Position numbers and translations under genes: made by a program. A DNA stretch of 63,869 nt, filler included, from Octopus bimaculoides (Eukaryota), in assembly GCF_001194135.2 (NCBI RefSeq). It is 8 parts of 8 records of this genome, joined end to end, with 100 filler letters (N's around TTAATTAATTAA, not from the genome) between each part and the next. Parts side by side here need not be neighbours in the genome. Positions count along the whole stretch, not along the records: positions 1 to 13,571 come from NC_068981.1; positions 13,672 to 24,431 come from NC_068988.1; 6 more parts are not named here. One strand, given 5' to 3'. A model generated the notes under the pieces. The model was given only the letters and a program-made list of their open reading frames with translations. It searched no databases and was not told where the DNA came from. This document shows positions 1-14,687 of the stretch, in pieces (position 1 is the stretch's first letter; each line of letters starts with the position of its first letter).

Positions 1-697
1 AGTACAAAATTTCAGTCTTCACGCGTACATAGGTGATATGCGCATATAAAATTTCATCTGATATCATTCCACCCAGTTTTTTTTTCTTTTATTGAATTTT
101 TTTTATCAGTAAATATCGTCATCTACTTGTTATCTTCATCGTTTCAGTTGGTAATTTTGTGGTGGAGAGGTGGGCGTGCATTTATAAATATAAGGTTGTA
201 TATCGGAGACTGCGTTTTGTTTAAATACATAGACATCAAACCACATTCTTACATATGCACACACATTTCTTACTTGTTATTTTCTTTCCCTGTCATTCTT
301 CTATCACGGTTTCTCAATTTCGCTATATCTCTTTGTCTTTCGCTTTCGCTCATACATTCTCATTTAACGTTTCCCTATACAATTTTTCTTTTTTTAAATG
401 CAGCAAAATAGCATTTGCTTTCCACTTATGGGAGGTAATCCACTGTAAAATCAAAGCAATTTCTTGAGTTACTCCCCTTGCAAATGTTAATCGCTTTGTG
501 ATAATATATCAATTTTCATTTTAAAATTATTCGTTAGATTTCTACTTAATGATTCATTGACATCTTTAATTAGATATTAATTTGTAATGTTCTTAGCTTC
601 ATAGTATTCGGTATAACAGTCCACAGCACCCACCAAAAATGAGCTGCTACTATGTTTGAAATCTGGAAAGAAATACAGCAGCGTAATTCTACCTAAT

Positions 698-729
698 TAC
701 ATACATACAGACATACATACATACATACA

Positions 730-760
<31 letters not shown>

Positions 761-770
761 TTACATACAT
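698..770. repeat. (TACA)n microsatellite
   Basis: Direct tetranucleotide tandem. Confidence 0.95.
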
Positions 771-1627
771 GTTGGCCCTCGTGATCGAGAAAGGTCATTA
801 TTCTTCATTGTGCGCTCAGCTAAATTTATACTTTACACTTAATGCACCACTGGCAACTAATAAACCCAGCCCATGGTAAACATAGAATTCCGCTAACACT
901 GCAGACCAGGCTTTTCCGATTCATTACACTAGCGGTTCGTTTTCGAGTTGGTCGTTTGAGTTCTGCGTGAAAAATATGTTATTCGAGAATATCCACTCAT
1001 TCTTTTACTTGCTTCCTTTGTTTATGGCAATGGCAGGCATCACATACGTACATATATACACAGGAGTTTGCAAATCCAGTACCGATGAGAGACTTTCACT
1101 TACCTGGATTCATGATGGAATCAAACAACTCCACTTCATTCACTACATGTGATCACAATATTTGAGTTAATAACCATCTCCATAACCTTCATCATGTTTA
1201 AAAGATGATCAATAAAACAAGTGGCTTTCCTTCATAATCTTCTTACCAACCTGGTAGATTGTCAGAATTAACTCAAAGTTAAGAGAAACACAAAACGTAC
1301 CTAAATACATGAATACATACGCATTCGCGTGCAAGCTTACACACGGATGCACTCATACACCTATGCTCAGACACACACATATAATATATTTTATTTGATT
1401 ATTCATATTTAAATATGATTATGATTTCTATCGATCCTCTATAATAAGATATTCTATAAATACGAATGCTACATTTGTTAACTGCCGAGGTGAACTACGC
1501 CGTTCATTCTTTCGGGATCAATAAAATTAGAATTAGTCAAGTATTGGGGTCAATGTAATAGACTAGACCTTTCCCTTAAAAACTACTGGACTTCTACCGA
1601 ATTTGAAATCATTATCATTATTATTTA

Positions 1628-1830
1628 GGGGGCGAGTGGGCAGAATCTTTAACACACCGGAAAAAATGCTCAGCGTATTTTGTCATTTTAACGTACAGAG
1701 CTCAAATTCAATATAGGTTGGATTTGCCTTCCATCCTTTCGGGGTCAATAAAATAAATACCAGTTGGGTACCGGGGTAGATGTAATCTACTTACCTGCTC
1801 CCGCGAAATCTGAAACCATTATTATTATTG
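1628..1830 (+). mobile_element. tRNA-derived SINE, family C (GGCGGCGAGCTGGCAGAA head), degenerate
   Basis: Shares head, GAGTTCAAAT B-box region and GATTTGCCTTCCATCCTTTCGGGGTC-type body with copies at 14688, 16423, 17972 and 36927. Confidence 0.75.
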
Positions 1831-4800
1831 TTAACTTATATTGGATAAAGGCGTCTTCGGAATATTGCTGGAATCTTTGTCTTTTTTTTTTTTCTCTTTT
1901 CTATAATCAAGCTGCTTGATCTTTTATAGAAACTAAGTACAGGTATTATACCAAAATTCCGGACAGTGATGACTCAACACTTCGTATAATCCGCACTAAT
2001 TTACAAGCAGGAATTTCATATTGCTTTAGCCTTCAGAGTACTTTACTCACAGTACAATATTAATAATCTTGTAACTTGCATACTAATGTGGAAGTAACTG
2101 TATTTTATTTAATTAGTTATGTCAGTTAAGTATTTGCTTAATTTAGAGGTGATCAACCTTGGCACAGAAAAGTTAGTTATCTGGAATGGCTTCGGGTTTA
2201 AAAATTCCGGAAAATTGGTGTTGTACGTGTATTGACATATATAGAATAATACTGAGGATATTTGAATTGATATACCTGCTGTGTCACCTTGCTGGAAACA
2301 AAAACAACGCATATAAAGCATGACTGGGATATATTTTAACGTCTATTCCACCGAAAATAGTATGCTTCATTATGCTAATCAGCATGACAGGTAAGGGCAG
2401 TGGATTGATGCAATCACAATGGCATCGAACGAAATTGTTTTCGGTATTTTTTATGGAACTTTACGTTCTGCTTTTAAGTCCCGCCAACATCAAAATTGTC
2501 ATTCATGTCTCGGCAATCGATAAAATAAAGAACCAATCAATTATTTCAGTTGGTTTTATCAGCAAACGCCGTCGTCCAAAATTGCTGTCCCTGAGTCTTT
2601 GTCAGAAATAAGAGAATCATTAGATTATCAATAAAATACGATACATTATTTTTCCAGGCTCTTTTAGTCTTGTGTTCAAACCCTGCCGTGATCCAAGGCA
2701 TAACTGGATCAACTTGCAATTGCATCGGAAAAAGACTATAGAAAGACTGGTATTAATAATGGTGATGCTGATGATAAAGATTCTAACTTTACATTCAGGG
2801 CCAGCTTAATATCAATATAGGCCCTGGGAAAATCACAGTAAGTTAAGCATAGACATCAACATTGAGTATTTACTTATTCACAGTAATCTAAGCATAGACA
2901 TCAAAATTGGGCCCCAAGACCCATAAGCTCTTGATTAAATGCCCAGTGTCCACTGATTACAATGGTTGTGCTAGGAGATTCATTACCAAATGATAGCCAT
3001 GCTCACATGTAAATTGAGGATATCTTTGTTTTGAGATGATTCTTATCGAGTACCGGGTCAAGTGACTTGTTTGGTATTCACGATAAGCAGAAATCAGATA
3101 TAAAACTCAAAATTCCATTTGAAGAAGTTCGGCTGCGTGCATTTTGAATTAATGCGAAAATAGTAGAACTGATCTCTGATTTTAAGGTATTAGCACGAAT
3201 CACATACATAAATCTCAAAATCAAGAACAATAAAAATTCGAGAGCGTGAAAGGGGAGACAAAAATATAAAAAAATCGACCTAGCGGACTCTAGACCTCAA
3301 GTTGCGGACACCTTCACAAGCCCGATTATGTAAGCGATTTCTACAGCGTCTATGTATGGTTACACGCGCGCGCGCACATGTATATACATACATACATATA
3401 TACAATTAGCATAATAAGTTTTTCTCTGCTTGCGTATATTACGAGCCGTAGACTCAACCATCAAAATATAAGCTTAAGTTTGGCACTTAATTTCTAAGGA
3501 GCTAACCAAAGTAAAGAGACTGAGCCTAAGATGAACTTTTTCACATGCTATACGAGACTGAGGAAGAATGTATGAAGCTATCGAGTTATCTTCAAACTGG
3601 AGATCTCGTTGAAAAGTTTGCAAAATAGTGCTCTCCGCTAACAATATTAAGGGCTAAGTGAGAGACTTACACTAAATTACGGATTAGAACTACCACACAG
3701 AACAAGCCCAGTCCATCTGACTGGCTTATGTATGCACAGTTTACGTGTACCCAGTCCCAAGTTGGTATATTCAAAATTATTTTTGCAGTCATCTTACCTC
3801 TGTGCCAGGCAGTTAGATTGCATCACTTATGATATAAATGTAAAGCAAAATTTAGAACTTGCAACCCATGTATGCTCACTTGTTCGACATGTATGGTATG
3901 AATATGTCCAAGACAGCGAATGCATGATACTGTCGGCGCCTAAAACATCAAGTTAGAATTAGGGATCAAAATGTTAGCGTATTATTCTCCATTGTAATCA
4001 GGTGCAGTTATACATATATATATATATTTTTTCTTTTGGTTCACATTTGTGCGTATTGTCTGTACAGTTAACAATGCTAGTTCAAATAGGTGAATTTACA
4101 GCCAGAAGAAGATAGAAAACGGAAAAATAAGGGACTTGAATCATAACTTGAGCTTCCAAGTTAATTGGAGACACCGGACACCCTAGCCTTCATTTTCTTA
4201 TAACCCAGGAATGTAGTTTCGCCAAACATATGGGACGTAGGGAGATTTTCTGGCTAACAGCAACCACGCGATTTCAGTGGCAAATCGTCTCTGTAAATGT
4301 CTATACTTCACGGAATGCTTGCATCCCAACATTTCTATTCAGAGTGTGTCAGAAGCAAATAGACATTCTGATCTGTGTAACATTTTCCTTTTACAAGAAG
4401 ACACTCATGTTTGGTCAGACGAAAATTCAAGCAATTTATGAATGTCAGCCGATAATGCAGAAAGCGAAGTATGCGCTTTTTACCTATTTGATTGATTCAT
4501 CTCTGCCCTATTTTGAGGGTGAAATCAATGAATTTTTGGTAACATTTTCCCAGTTCCTCTTCACCTGGTGTTTTGATCTGAACCACGCCCTTTTTAGAGC
4601 TTAATAAGGTTGTCAATCCTATATTTGACACCCGATAGTGACTGGCGTGGACTTAATTCGTCGTTTATCAATCTTTAAATGCTGTGTATTGCTCTAGTTA
4701 TCGCACGCTCCTCTGCCAGACCGAAAATATCAGTTGACATCATGTGCTTATATGGACACATCCCTCATGCGAACCGGTTCGACCTAGCCACCCAATTAAC

Positions 4801-7218
4801 ACATCTAGATTCCATATTAATTAAAACGAACAGAGGCAGTGGGAAGAAATATATTTGATAGTTTATTCGGGTTCTATTAAGGGCACTAGGGAGCAGATGC
4901 TGCTTTGCACTTAAAACATCTAGTTTCATAAATGCGAAACAGAAATGGCTGCATTGAGGACATATAGCAAATATCGAATATCGACATTATCTAAAGCTTA
5001 GATCAATGGAAATTTTCAAAGCCCCATGTAGCCATGTCTTTATCCATTCTCATTATGATGTATCTCAAAGTTGAGGTTGTCTTGGAGAGATCTGCATGAA
5101 AGCCTGCAAACTTTTGCACTCCCAGCTACAAACTCCAACATTGTCCCGTGTACCGAACCAAAATCTTAACTTTCAATAGCGTTATGAGCCGGAATTTTTT
5201 TCCATGGTGTAGTGTTCCTCTTATTCTCACTCTTCCTCAGCAGAATGTTCCCTGTATAGTGCTGGTTCTGAGAGACGCCTGTCAACATAGATAAATGATC
5301 GTGCAATTTGTGGGGTATATTATCCAAATCACATGATTTGCATTATATTTAATGTCGTATTTTCGCTAGAGCCAACTGCAAGGTTATGCAGAAAGCCGTC
5401 GTGGCAGGCAGTAAAGCTCATTGTTGCTAGCAAATGATTTAGCAAAGTGCGGCGAGAAACCGCAAAAATATTCCCGAAATTCGATAGCACACACCCATCG
5501 TAGTCCAACAAATGTCTTATTGTGTTAATGCTGCAACATTGTACTCTGAATATGAAATGGCGTTCACTGTCACTGTAATATTAATAATAATATTCTGACT
5601 ATCACTTAATTAGCTTTGATGTGGAAAAAAAGAACAGAAACATTAAAACCTAAGAACAGACTGTGTTACTTTGAATGAACTCATACATCTCTCTGTTTAT
5701 CGTGTGATGTCCATTCTCTCAGTAGATTAAAGGATGAATGACTCGAGAGACGAATCACTTTAATAAAGTCGCAAATGCGTATTAAGAAATGGATGATTAT
5801 GCAATAATTGCATTTATTTTTCCATATCAATATGTAGTTCTCAGGTTGTGGAGAAAATAATCGATATTAATTATATTATGGCATTAACTATTGTATATAT
5901 AACATCGAGATTCCATAATCGGCAACAAACCTAAGGAGCCTCCCAGCGTCATTATCTCAGCTTAACCATATGACAAATTCACAGGTTAATTTGTAGAAAA
6001 AGCTCTTCTTAAAAATGTTTGAAAAAATATGACAAAAAAACCAACAATTTATGAGTCTTAAAAGTAGCAGAGCTATTACTAATCACGTAGAGAGACTTTG
6101 TCATTAGAGGCGTGGATAAACACCACATTAAGCATTCCACTCATTAATGGAAGGCCTTAGGGACTGCTAGAATCTCAACGTCCAGTTTTAGGCATCTCAT
6201 TATTTGTTTGATTTTATTTACTATCTCATATTTACACTAAATCAATATTTTTTATATTGTTAGCAATGAAACACGTGATATTTTCCTTGGTGATTCATCA
6301 ATTGTGACATTCGACATCTGCTAAACTGAGATTTTGCATGGATCTGCTTATCGATCGTTGTTGCGCAAAATAAATTTTCGCTGGATTCGGATTGACGAAG
6401 CAGTTTCATTCTTCATCTAAAAAGAAATTACATCAGTTTGCCTGCACGTGGCCTTCGGAAGAGACCTGAACTGCATATGCATCTCTTCACTCATAATGAT
6501 GATATATTGTACCTTATTTTCTCTTTCAACCCACTGAAATCGATAAAATATTAATAGTAATTATATTGTCGACTCAAGCAGATAAATTCTCTTTCTATGT
6601 AAGTAAATACTAGCGTGTAGCCGAAAGAAAAATAAAGAAATCAATATGCAATTTATATAATTCTTACTGATATATTGCCATTTGTGTGTAGGCATATATG
6701 CAGGTACGTACAAAGAAGACAAGAGGAATAAATATACTTATTTATTCACATATATGCATGCATTCACACACTACATACATACATGCATACATACATACAT
6801 ACATACATGGATTGATGGTTGAATAGATGGTAGTCTCGCGTAGTCTGAGAAGACGATTCTGCAGGTTTTGCTGAATAAACTGCACGAATAATTTATTTCT
6901 GATGATTAAAATGTTCTTTACTGTAGTTTAGCTAACTCCTTTCATGAAATTGACGGTGCCTAAACAAGAGAATAGTATACCACAGTTAGGTATCGAGATG
7001 ATAGCAAAGTAACTGTAATGAAGTGATTTGCTGAAGAACACAAACGCACCACTAGGTCTAGGAACTGAAACGACAATCCCAAGATCATGTGTAACATCCT
7101 AGCCACTAGGCCATGCGCACTCATACATATATACTTATATATATACACACATACAAATTTAGATATATGTATATATATATGTCTGTGTGTGAGTATGTGT
7201 GTGTGTGTGTGTGTGTTT

Positions 7219-7258
<40 letters not shown>

Positions 7259-7425
7259 AGAGGGCGGATACCATTGTAGTTATGTTTCAGGTTACGGGTA
7301 ACCGCATCGATTAGTATTTAACTTTTATGACGACTAGGAGTTGTCACTCATGCTGTGATTTCCTGCAATAAAAATTTGCGTGTTCGCTTCACCGGATGAT
7401 AATATTTTCTGGAGTGTATATTAGT

Positions 7426-7751
7426 AATGGTTATAAGGATAGAGAACATGGAGACTGGTATATCTTCAAAATTTATTTCTGCTTATTTTACAACGTCATA
7501 CAGCATAATTTTATGGTCACGTTAACCTACACGTGTTTCCACTGCACAGAATACGAGCATAGTTTTCTGTGCAGCTTCGTTCAGGGTCTTTCAAACAGAT
7601 TGGCTCGAAGCAAACTTAGTTTCGTTAGTTGTTTCTTAGTTACGGTTCAGGAGGAAGGGAAGGGAGGTTGCTTTGAATCTGAAATCTGAATCTAAAAGGA
7701 AATAAATTTGAGGACGTACCAGTCTCCATATTCCCTATCGTTATAACTATT
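7426..7751. mobile_element. MITE with ~54-bp terminal inverted repeats
   Basis: Left AATGGTTATAAGGATAGAGAACATGGAGACTGGTATATCTTCAAAATTTATTTC matches the reverse complement of 7699-7751; non-coding interior; TSD not resolved. Confidence 0.7.
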
Positions 7752-7752
7752 G

Positions 7753-7805
<53 letters not shown>

Positions 7806-7809
7806 ACAC

Positions 7810-7840
<31 letters not shown>

Positions 7841-9545
7841 AGGACACAAATACATATATATGTATGTGAGTACGCCTTTACTGTATATATTTCCATGATT
7901 ATTTAAATCTGTATTGAATTGCAAGCTCAACTTTTTACAGCTTAAAAGAATTAGAACACGTATACATGCGCATTTCATTCTACTCGTGTCCAAGGGGTTC
8001 TGGTGTCAACTAGTTATGCTTCATGGTAGATATGTTACAAATTGTTATCTAGTCCTAGGACAGCTCTGCTGAATGAACATTATTCAACGGCGTTTGAAAC
8101 ATACTTTCCTATTCACATACTGCATTTAGGTCCACACTGATAGTTGTTTTCGGTCAACCGGTTGATATCACTGACGGAATTGATGAAATCTACTGCGTTA
8201 ACTAAATAATCATCTGTGGAAAGGATAAGTATGTTTTTTTTTTTTTGTGCTACGAAAGTTAAAAAGTAGGAAGTCATAGTATAGAAAAGAAGGGAATTTT
8301 GTCAGCCTATGTTACGAAATTTAGTCGGACTAAAATACATAAATGTTACGATTGTGCTATATGCTATTGATAAACACAAATGCAGTCGCACACACAAACA
8401 AACAGAGAAGAAAAAAAAACGCAGACACACAGAGAAAAATTTAACACGCGTACACACGCTAAAAACGCACATATGGACTCATATACACGCGCACTTTTAT
8501 ACATAAAGTTATGTGCACACGCGCGTCTGTGGTTTTATGTCGCTCTGTTAGAAGTCGCTCATCCGGGCGCGTGTGAACGAAATCATTTTATAGCTACATG
8601 CAAATTCGCATCGATATTTTAATAATCTAAAAATCCTATGCAATCAAAATAACAGGTCTTCCAAGGAAACTTAAAATACTTTGTTTGTTTGATGTTTTTG
8701 ACTTTTGTTTACTTCATCTTTTATTAATGACAAATCCTTGCCACCCTCCGGAATGTATTCGCACACCAATTAACGACATCGGTAATGTATTATGATTTGC
8801 GCCTAGCGAGTTAAGGCGTTAATATTGATCCATAAAATGTCATCGATTTAATCCTGTGTGCAGTTATTTTTATCTGAATAACACACATCCATTTTCATTT
8901 TATAATAGGTATAATTTTTTTCTACTCTTCATGTATATATATATATATATATATATNNNNNNNNNNNNNNNNNNNNNNNNNNNNNNNNNNNNNNNNNNNN
9001 NNNNNNNNNNNNNNNNNNNNNNNNNNNNNNNNNNNNNNNNNNNNNNNNNNNNNNNNNNNNNNNNNNNNNNNNNNNNNNNNNNNNNNNNNNNNNNNNNNNN
9101 NNNNNNNNNNNNNNNNNNNNNNNNNNNNNNNNNNNNNNNNNNNNNNNNNNNNNNNNNNNNNNNNNNNNNNNNNNNNNNNNNNNNNNNNNNNNNNNNNNNN
9201 NNNNNNNNNNNNNNNNNNNNNNNNNNNNNNNNNNNNNNNNNNNNNNNNNNNNNNNNNNNNNNNNNNNNNNNNNNNNNNNNNNNNNNNNNNNNNNNNNNNN
9301 NNNNNNNNNNNNNNNNNNNNNNNNNNNNNNNNNNNNNNNNNNNNNNNNNNNNNNNNNNNNNNNNNNNNNNNNNNNNNNNNNNNNNNNNNNNNNNNNNNNN
9401 NNNNNNNNNNNNNNNNNNNNNNNNNNNNNNNNNNNNNNNNNNNNNNNNNNNNNNNNNNNNNNNNNNNNNNNNNNNNNNNNNNNNNNNNNNNNNNNNNNNN
9501 NNNNNNNNNNNNNNNNNNNNNNNNNNNNNNNNNNNNNNNNNNNNN

Positions 9546-9611
9546 GATAGTGGTGGTGGTGATAGTGGTGGTGGTGGTGGTATGTTGATGATGATGATGA
9601 GGATAATGATG

Positions 9612-9643
<32 letters not shown>

Positions 9644-9712
9644 GATGGTGGTGGTGGCGGCGGTGGTGGTGGTGATGGTGGTGGTGGTGGTGATAAACAT
9701 AAGCAGCATGAT
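9546..9712. repeat. (GGT)n/(GAT)n trinucleotide microsatellite
   Basis: Direct tandem next to a gap; explains the poly-H/P/M/I ORFs. Confidence 0.95.
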
Positions 9713-11232
9713 GAAATGAGTGAGGAATATTGATAGCCAAGTAGGGCTTTATTTTTGAATACTTGGCAAACGGAGGAAAGGAAATATAAAAACAAAATAA
9801 GACTATAAATAAAGAAATCATAAAATGAAATAAAATAAAATTAAATTTATCAAAAAAATGAAATCATAAGAATGAAACTGCAGCATAAAATAAACGCATG
9901 AATATTTGATAAACAGTATTACAGGGAAAAAGAAAAAGAGAAGGAAAAAGATAAAATGAAAAACTTTGCTCACCTAACATTATGAACTGTTATAACACAC
10001 CTTTGTAACTACAAAGAGTTTACTGAAAAAAAAAAGAAGATATGAAATAAAACCAAAAATATTAAAAAAGAACACATTAATAGTAGCAGTAAATTACATC
10101 CTATGATATTTTGTTGAAAATAAGGAAAAAATAGCTACAACAAAAAAAATCAAAATTGACAACAACAGCTGCAGTATTATTTCATACAAATGACAAAAAG
10201 GACGATTGATCGATATTTGACGAAATAAATATAAAAAAATGTAGCAGCATGCAAATTAACAACTACAACAACAACAACAAAAGCAACAACAACAACAACA
10301 AGAGGAAGCGCAATAATAACTAAAGAAAAAGCAATGAAAACCTAATTGTTGTATTTAAAATGTTAATACCGCCAGGTTAAAATATTCCATTGGTGTTGTC
10401 AAATAATTACTTCTCAATAATCGATAAAAATAATCGAAGAAGAAAGAAGTAAAGAAAGATGAAATAAAAAGAAGAGACGCAAATTTGCATCAATTGAACA
10501 ATATTATGTAAAAAAAAAGAAAAACTTTTAAAATTCTATATCGAAGCTTCTTTTACAATTTTCTTTTCTCATCATATTATTGGTTATTGATTATATCGTG
10601 GATTAGTATTGATCGGGGAATATCCAGAGAATCCAGGCTATGCATGTCATGTATCTATGTATGTATGCCTGTTTGCATGCCTATATGTAATACGTGTGTG
10701 CCTGTGTATATATATATATATATATATATATNNNNNNNNNNNNNNNNNNNNNNNNNNNNNNNNNNNNNNNNNNNNNNNNNNNNNNNNNNNNNNNNNNNNN
10801 NNNNNNNNNNNNNNNNNNNNNNNNNNNNNNNNNNNNNNNNNNNNNNNNNNNNNNNNNNNNNNNNNNNNNNNNNNNNNNNNNNNNNNNNNNNNNNNNNNNN
10901 NNNNNNNNNNNNNNNNNNNNNNNNNNNNNNNNNNNNNNNNNNNNNNNNNNNNNNNNNNNNNNNNNNNNNNNNNNNNNNNNNNNNNNNNNNNNNNNNNNNN
11001 NNNNNNNNNNNNNNNNNNNNNNNNNNNNNNNNNNNNNNNNNNNNNNNNNNNNNNNNNNNNNNNNNNNNNNNNNNNNNNNNNNNNNNNNNNNNNNNNNNNN
11101 NNNNNNNNNNNNNNNNNNNNNNNNNNNNNNNNNNNNNNNNNNNNNNNNNNNNNNNNNNNNNNNNNNNNNNNNNNNNNNNNNNNNNNNNNNNNNNNNNNNN
11201 NNNNNNNNNNNNNNNNNNNNNNNNNNNNNNNN

Positions 11233-11287
<55 letters not shown>

Positions 11288-11869
11288 ATGTATGTGCGCG
11301 TGTGTTTGTGATATAATTAATGGGATCAATAAAACTTTCAAAGCGGCGCCCTGGGATAGCGGTAGTTCAAAGACCGAACTAAATAAAATGCCTTCAAGAG
11401 ACTTTATGCATGTACGTGTGTGTGCTTTTATGTTTTGTGATTTCCATTGATATTTAATTGAACTTCACTCATACAAAGAGGGAAAATGCAGTTGAAATTT
11501 AACTTGCAATCCTCAAGCGTGTTAATCGCATACATGACTGTGGGATTAAGGAGTTCGTTTCTCAATCACGTGATTTCGGGTCAAGTCTCACTGCGCAGCA
11601 AGCGTTTTGTACTGTAGTCGTGGAAAAGGAAGTCCAAGCATGACCGCAGACAAAACTGAATAAAAGAAAACAATGTAGAAAATAACTAATTAGTAAACAA
11701 GACCTGAATCCCAGAAATGTGACTTTCGGCGTTTCAACGGTGGTATGTGGCATAATACTTGCAACATCGGAAAAAATACACATCTGTATCTATTCCGTTC
11801 ATTTTTAATTGTTATTATTCTCTTAGTTCAGGCCTTATAAATGAGCGTAGTACAGGGAAACTGTGGAAG

Positions 11870-12080
11870 TTTGTATATGTGTGTCCCCCACTCCTACCAC
11901 TTAACAACCGGTGTTGGCTTGTTTACTTTTCCGAAACTTAGCAGTTCAGCAGAATGTTCTCATAGAATAAGCACCAGGCTTAAAAAGAAATATGTAAATA
12001 ACAATGTAGATCCGTTCGACTAAACCTTTCACAGTAATGTCCTAGCGTAGATGTAATCTAATGACTAGAACAAGCAAACT
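11870..12080 (+). mobile_element. SINE family A 3' half, degenerate
   Basis: ACAACCGGTGTTGGCTTGTTTAC...ACTTAGCAGTTCAGCAG...ATAGAATAAG matches the tails at 18597-19018 and 63495-63869. Confidence 0.65.
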
Positions 12081-13615
12081 TGCATGCATGTGACTATGTA
12101 TACACACATGTGAAAGCATCGCCCTGAATAATTTCATCAAATATTACGTTGCTGAGCAATATTTCGCTGCCTTTCACAATGACGCCGTTGTACAAAACTC
12201 ATCGCACTCTATGTGTCTTGTGGTTTTTGCTTTTGGTCTTTAATTTCGGTGATCAAATGTTACCGGAGTTAACTTTTGTCGTTCAAGTTTTCCAATGAAC
12301 TGGGAACGATTGTATTGGATAAACGTGTGTGTGTGTGTGTGTGTGGTGTGTGTGTGTTTCTTTTACCATTTCTTGAAGCTCTGTATTCTGACATGTTTAG
12401 CCTGCATAAATGTATAGTGTTTAAGATTTATGAACACAGAATAGATTGTTCTTTGATGGGTATAATTTGTTTGTCTCCTCATAGAGGGTAATTTTTTGAA
12501 ACAGCTATTTATTTTATGTTTAATCAAATTCCGCCAAGGTCGACTTTGCATCTCAATCTTTCGGTGTCAGTAAAATAAGTAGCAGCCAAGTGTCAAAATT
12601 TGAAACTATTATGTTTTGTGTTTATACAAATGACTACACAAAAGTAACCGAACTCGTTCTCTGTGAATCAAACCCGTTGTAGTTAGAGCTTCCACCACTA
12701 GAAACCACTTGATAGACTCTCATGCATCAGCTTGGTACTTATTCTATCGTTTTCTTTTAGGACGAACTGTTAAGTTACGATAGTTGACAAGTGCAAATGA
12801 AAACTGAGAGGACTGTGTACAGTAGGATAAGAAACATTTCGAGACAATTATATTGAGTAAAAGCATTGCACTAAAATGAAAGAATTGTGCAAACAAGGGA
12901 GTACTAGTGTGTGTGTTTCACAATAAGTGTTCGTCTGTTTACATCCCAGTAACGTATCTGTTTGCCCCCCACCAAAAAAGAAAGAAAAAAGCCCATAGAT
13001 GTAATAGAATAAGATCAGAATTAGAAAACAAACAACCATATGCTGTGGGGGTCAATTTGTTCAATTAAACTTTTCTAGGCCGTGCCCCTGCATGGCCACA
13101 GTCTAGTGACTGAAACAAGTAAAAGGCAAAAAAGTATCAGTTAATATTAGTTTCAAATTTTGGGACTAAATCTATAAAGATGGCATGTAGTAGAATCGTT
13201 ACAATGTTGGAGAAATTGTCATGCGTTATATCTGATGGCATTTTACTTACTCAGTTTAAATTCTACAGACTTTAAATCTGTCTGCCACATCTGGTATCCA
13301 AAATTAAAGTAGTGACGGCAACAGGAATGTACACTCTCAAAAGTTCAGACTTAATCTCAAAAATCAGAAACGATTAACTGAGATTTCATGGGGAAGTAAA
13401 CTCGTTGAAAATATAAATAATTGAAATCTCAACGATTTTGTTTGTGATCTAGTAATTTGATTACGGACATATTATTTATGTGATTGGGCTTTGGGGTTTT
13501 AGTAAAGCAGATTACATTTTATTGAGATTTTGGGAAAATTAATCAAAATATATTTTGCTATATATTTATATNNNNNNNNNNNNNNNNNNNNNNNNNNNNN
13601 NNNNNNNNNNNNNNN

Positions 13616-13627
13616 TTAATTAATTAA
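13616..13627. other. Artificial gap spacer TTAATTAATTAA inside a 100-bp N block (also at 24476, 32325, 40417, 55068, 60683, 62679)
   Basis: Identical 12-mer (stops in all six frames) flanked by 44 N on each side; assembly artefact. Confidence 0.95.
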
Positions 13628-13711
13628 NNNNNNNNNNNNNNNNNNNNNNNNNNNNNNNNNNNNNNNNNNNNAACGTATTTTAAAGTCTGGTGCATATCTT
13701 ATAGATAATTT

Positions 13712-13952
13712 CTTATTTCTTATTTCTTTATTGCCCACAAGGGGCTAAACATAGAGGGGACAAACAAGGACAGACAAAGGGATTAAGTCGATTACATCGA
13801 CCCCCAGTGCGTAACTGGTACTTAATTTATCGACCCCGGAAGGATGAAAGGCAATGTCGATCTCGGCGGAATTTGAACTCAGAACGTAACGGCAGACGAA
13901 ATGCCGCTAAGCATTTCGCCCGGCGTGCTAACCACTCTGCCAGCTCGTCGCC
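13712..13952 (-). mobile_element. SINE family C, young copy with an alternative (AAGAAAT)-ending tail
   Basis: Reverse complement begins GGCGACGAGCTGGCAGAG...GCACGCCGGGCGAAATGCTTAGCGGCATTTCGTCTG...GAGTTCAAATTCCGCCGAG. Confidence 0.85.
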
Positions 13953-14687
13953 TTTTTATAGATAATTTCTATAAGTCAAGCGGACACGGCATGGGCATGA
14001 CCATAATCACGTGATCACGAGCACTGAAATACGCACCGGCACACACGTATAAACACGGCAAGCTTCCGCACAGTTTCCTTCCACAAATTTCCTTCCAAGA
14101 GTATCGTCTACTATCGTCTACTATAGACAATTGTCGATGTTGCCACTCAGTGATTTCGAGCCCGAAACCACTTGTGTTCGAAACAAGATTTCTTAACTAC
14201 ATCCACTGCGATGCCTACGGCTATGTATCTGTACATAGCATGCTTGTGTATGTGTGAGTCCCTGCGAGCGCATATATGTGTTTGTGTAAATTTTGCGAAT
14301 ATATTTTGTGTGCAGATCTAATTAATATATTATGCAGCACATTTTGCTTAAAGTTCACCATATGATTTTATTGAACTATAAGCTAAATAAATTATGCACA
14401 ACTCAGTATGATGGGATAATGAATTACATCAACATATATGAACAAATTAGTTAAAAGAGTAAATTTAAAATTTAATTTCTACTTAAAATATATTTAGCTT
14501 TTTCTTGTTGCAGAAACTTATTGCCTTATAACTGTCACACCACGCCTACGGCTTTCTAACAAGTTCACCACAGCGATGTCGACATATTAAAAATAGCAGT
14601 TAAATTTTTAGGTTGCATTATACATTCTATAATGTAATCCAGGAAATGTGATGCTTCCACTTCTGGAACATTATGACCGTTTTCTAA

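Noticed and set aside
1095-1300. Perfect minus-strand donor CAG|GTAAGT at ~1100
   Set aside because: All upstream frames close quickly and no convincing acceptor gives a coding exon
5329-5511. 60-aa minus ORF in unique sequence
   Set aside because: No recognisable motif or splice support; length expected by chance
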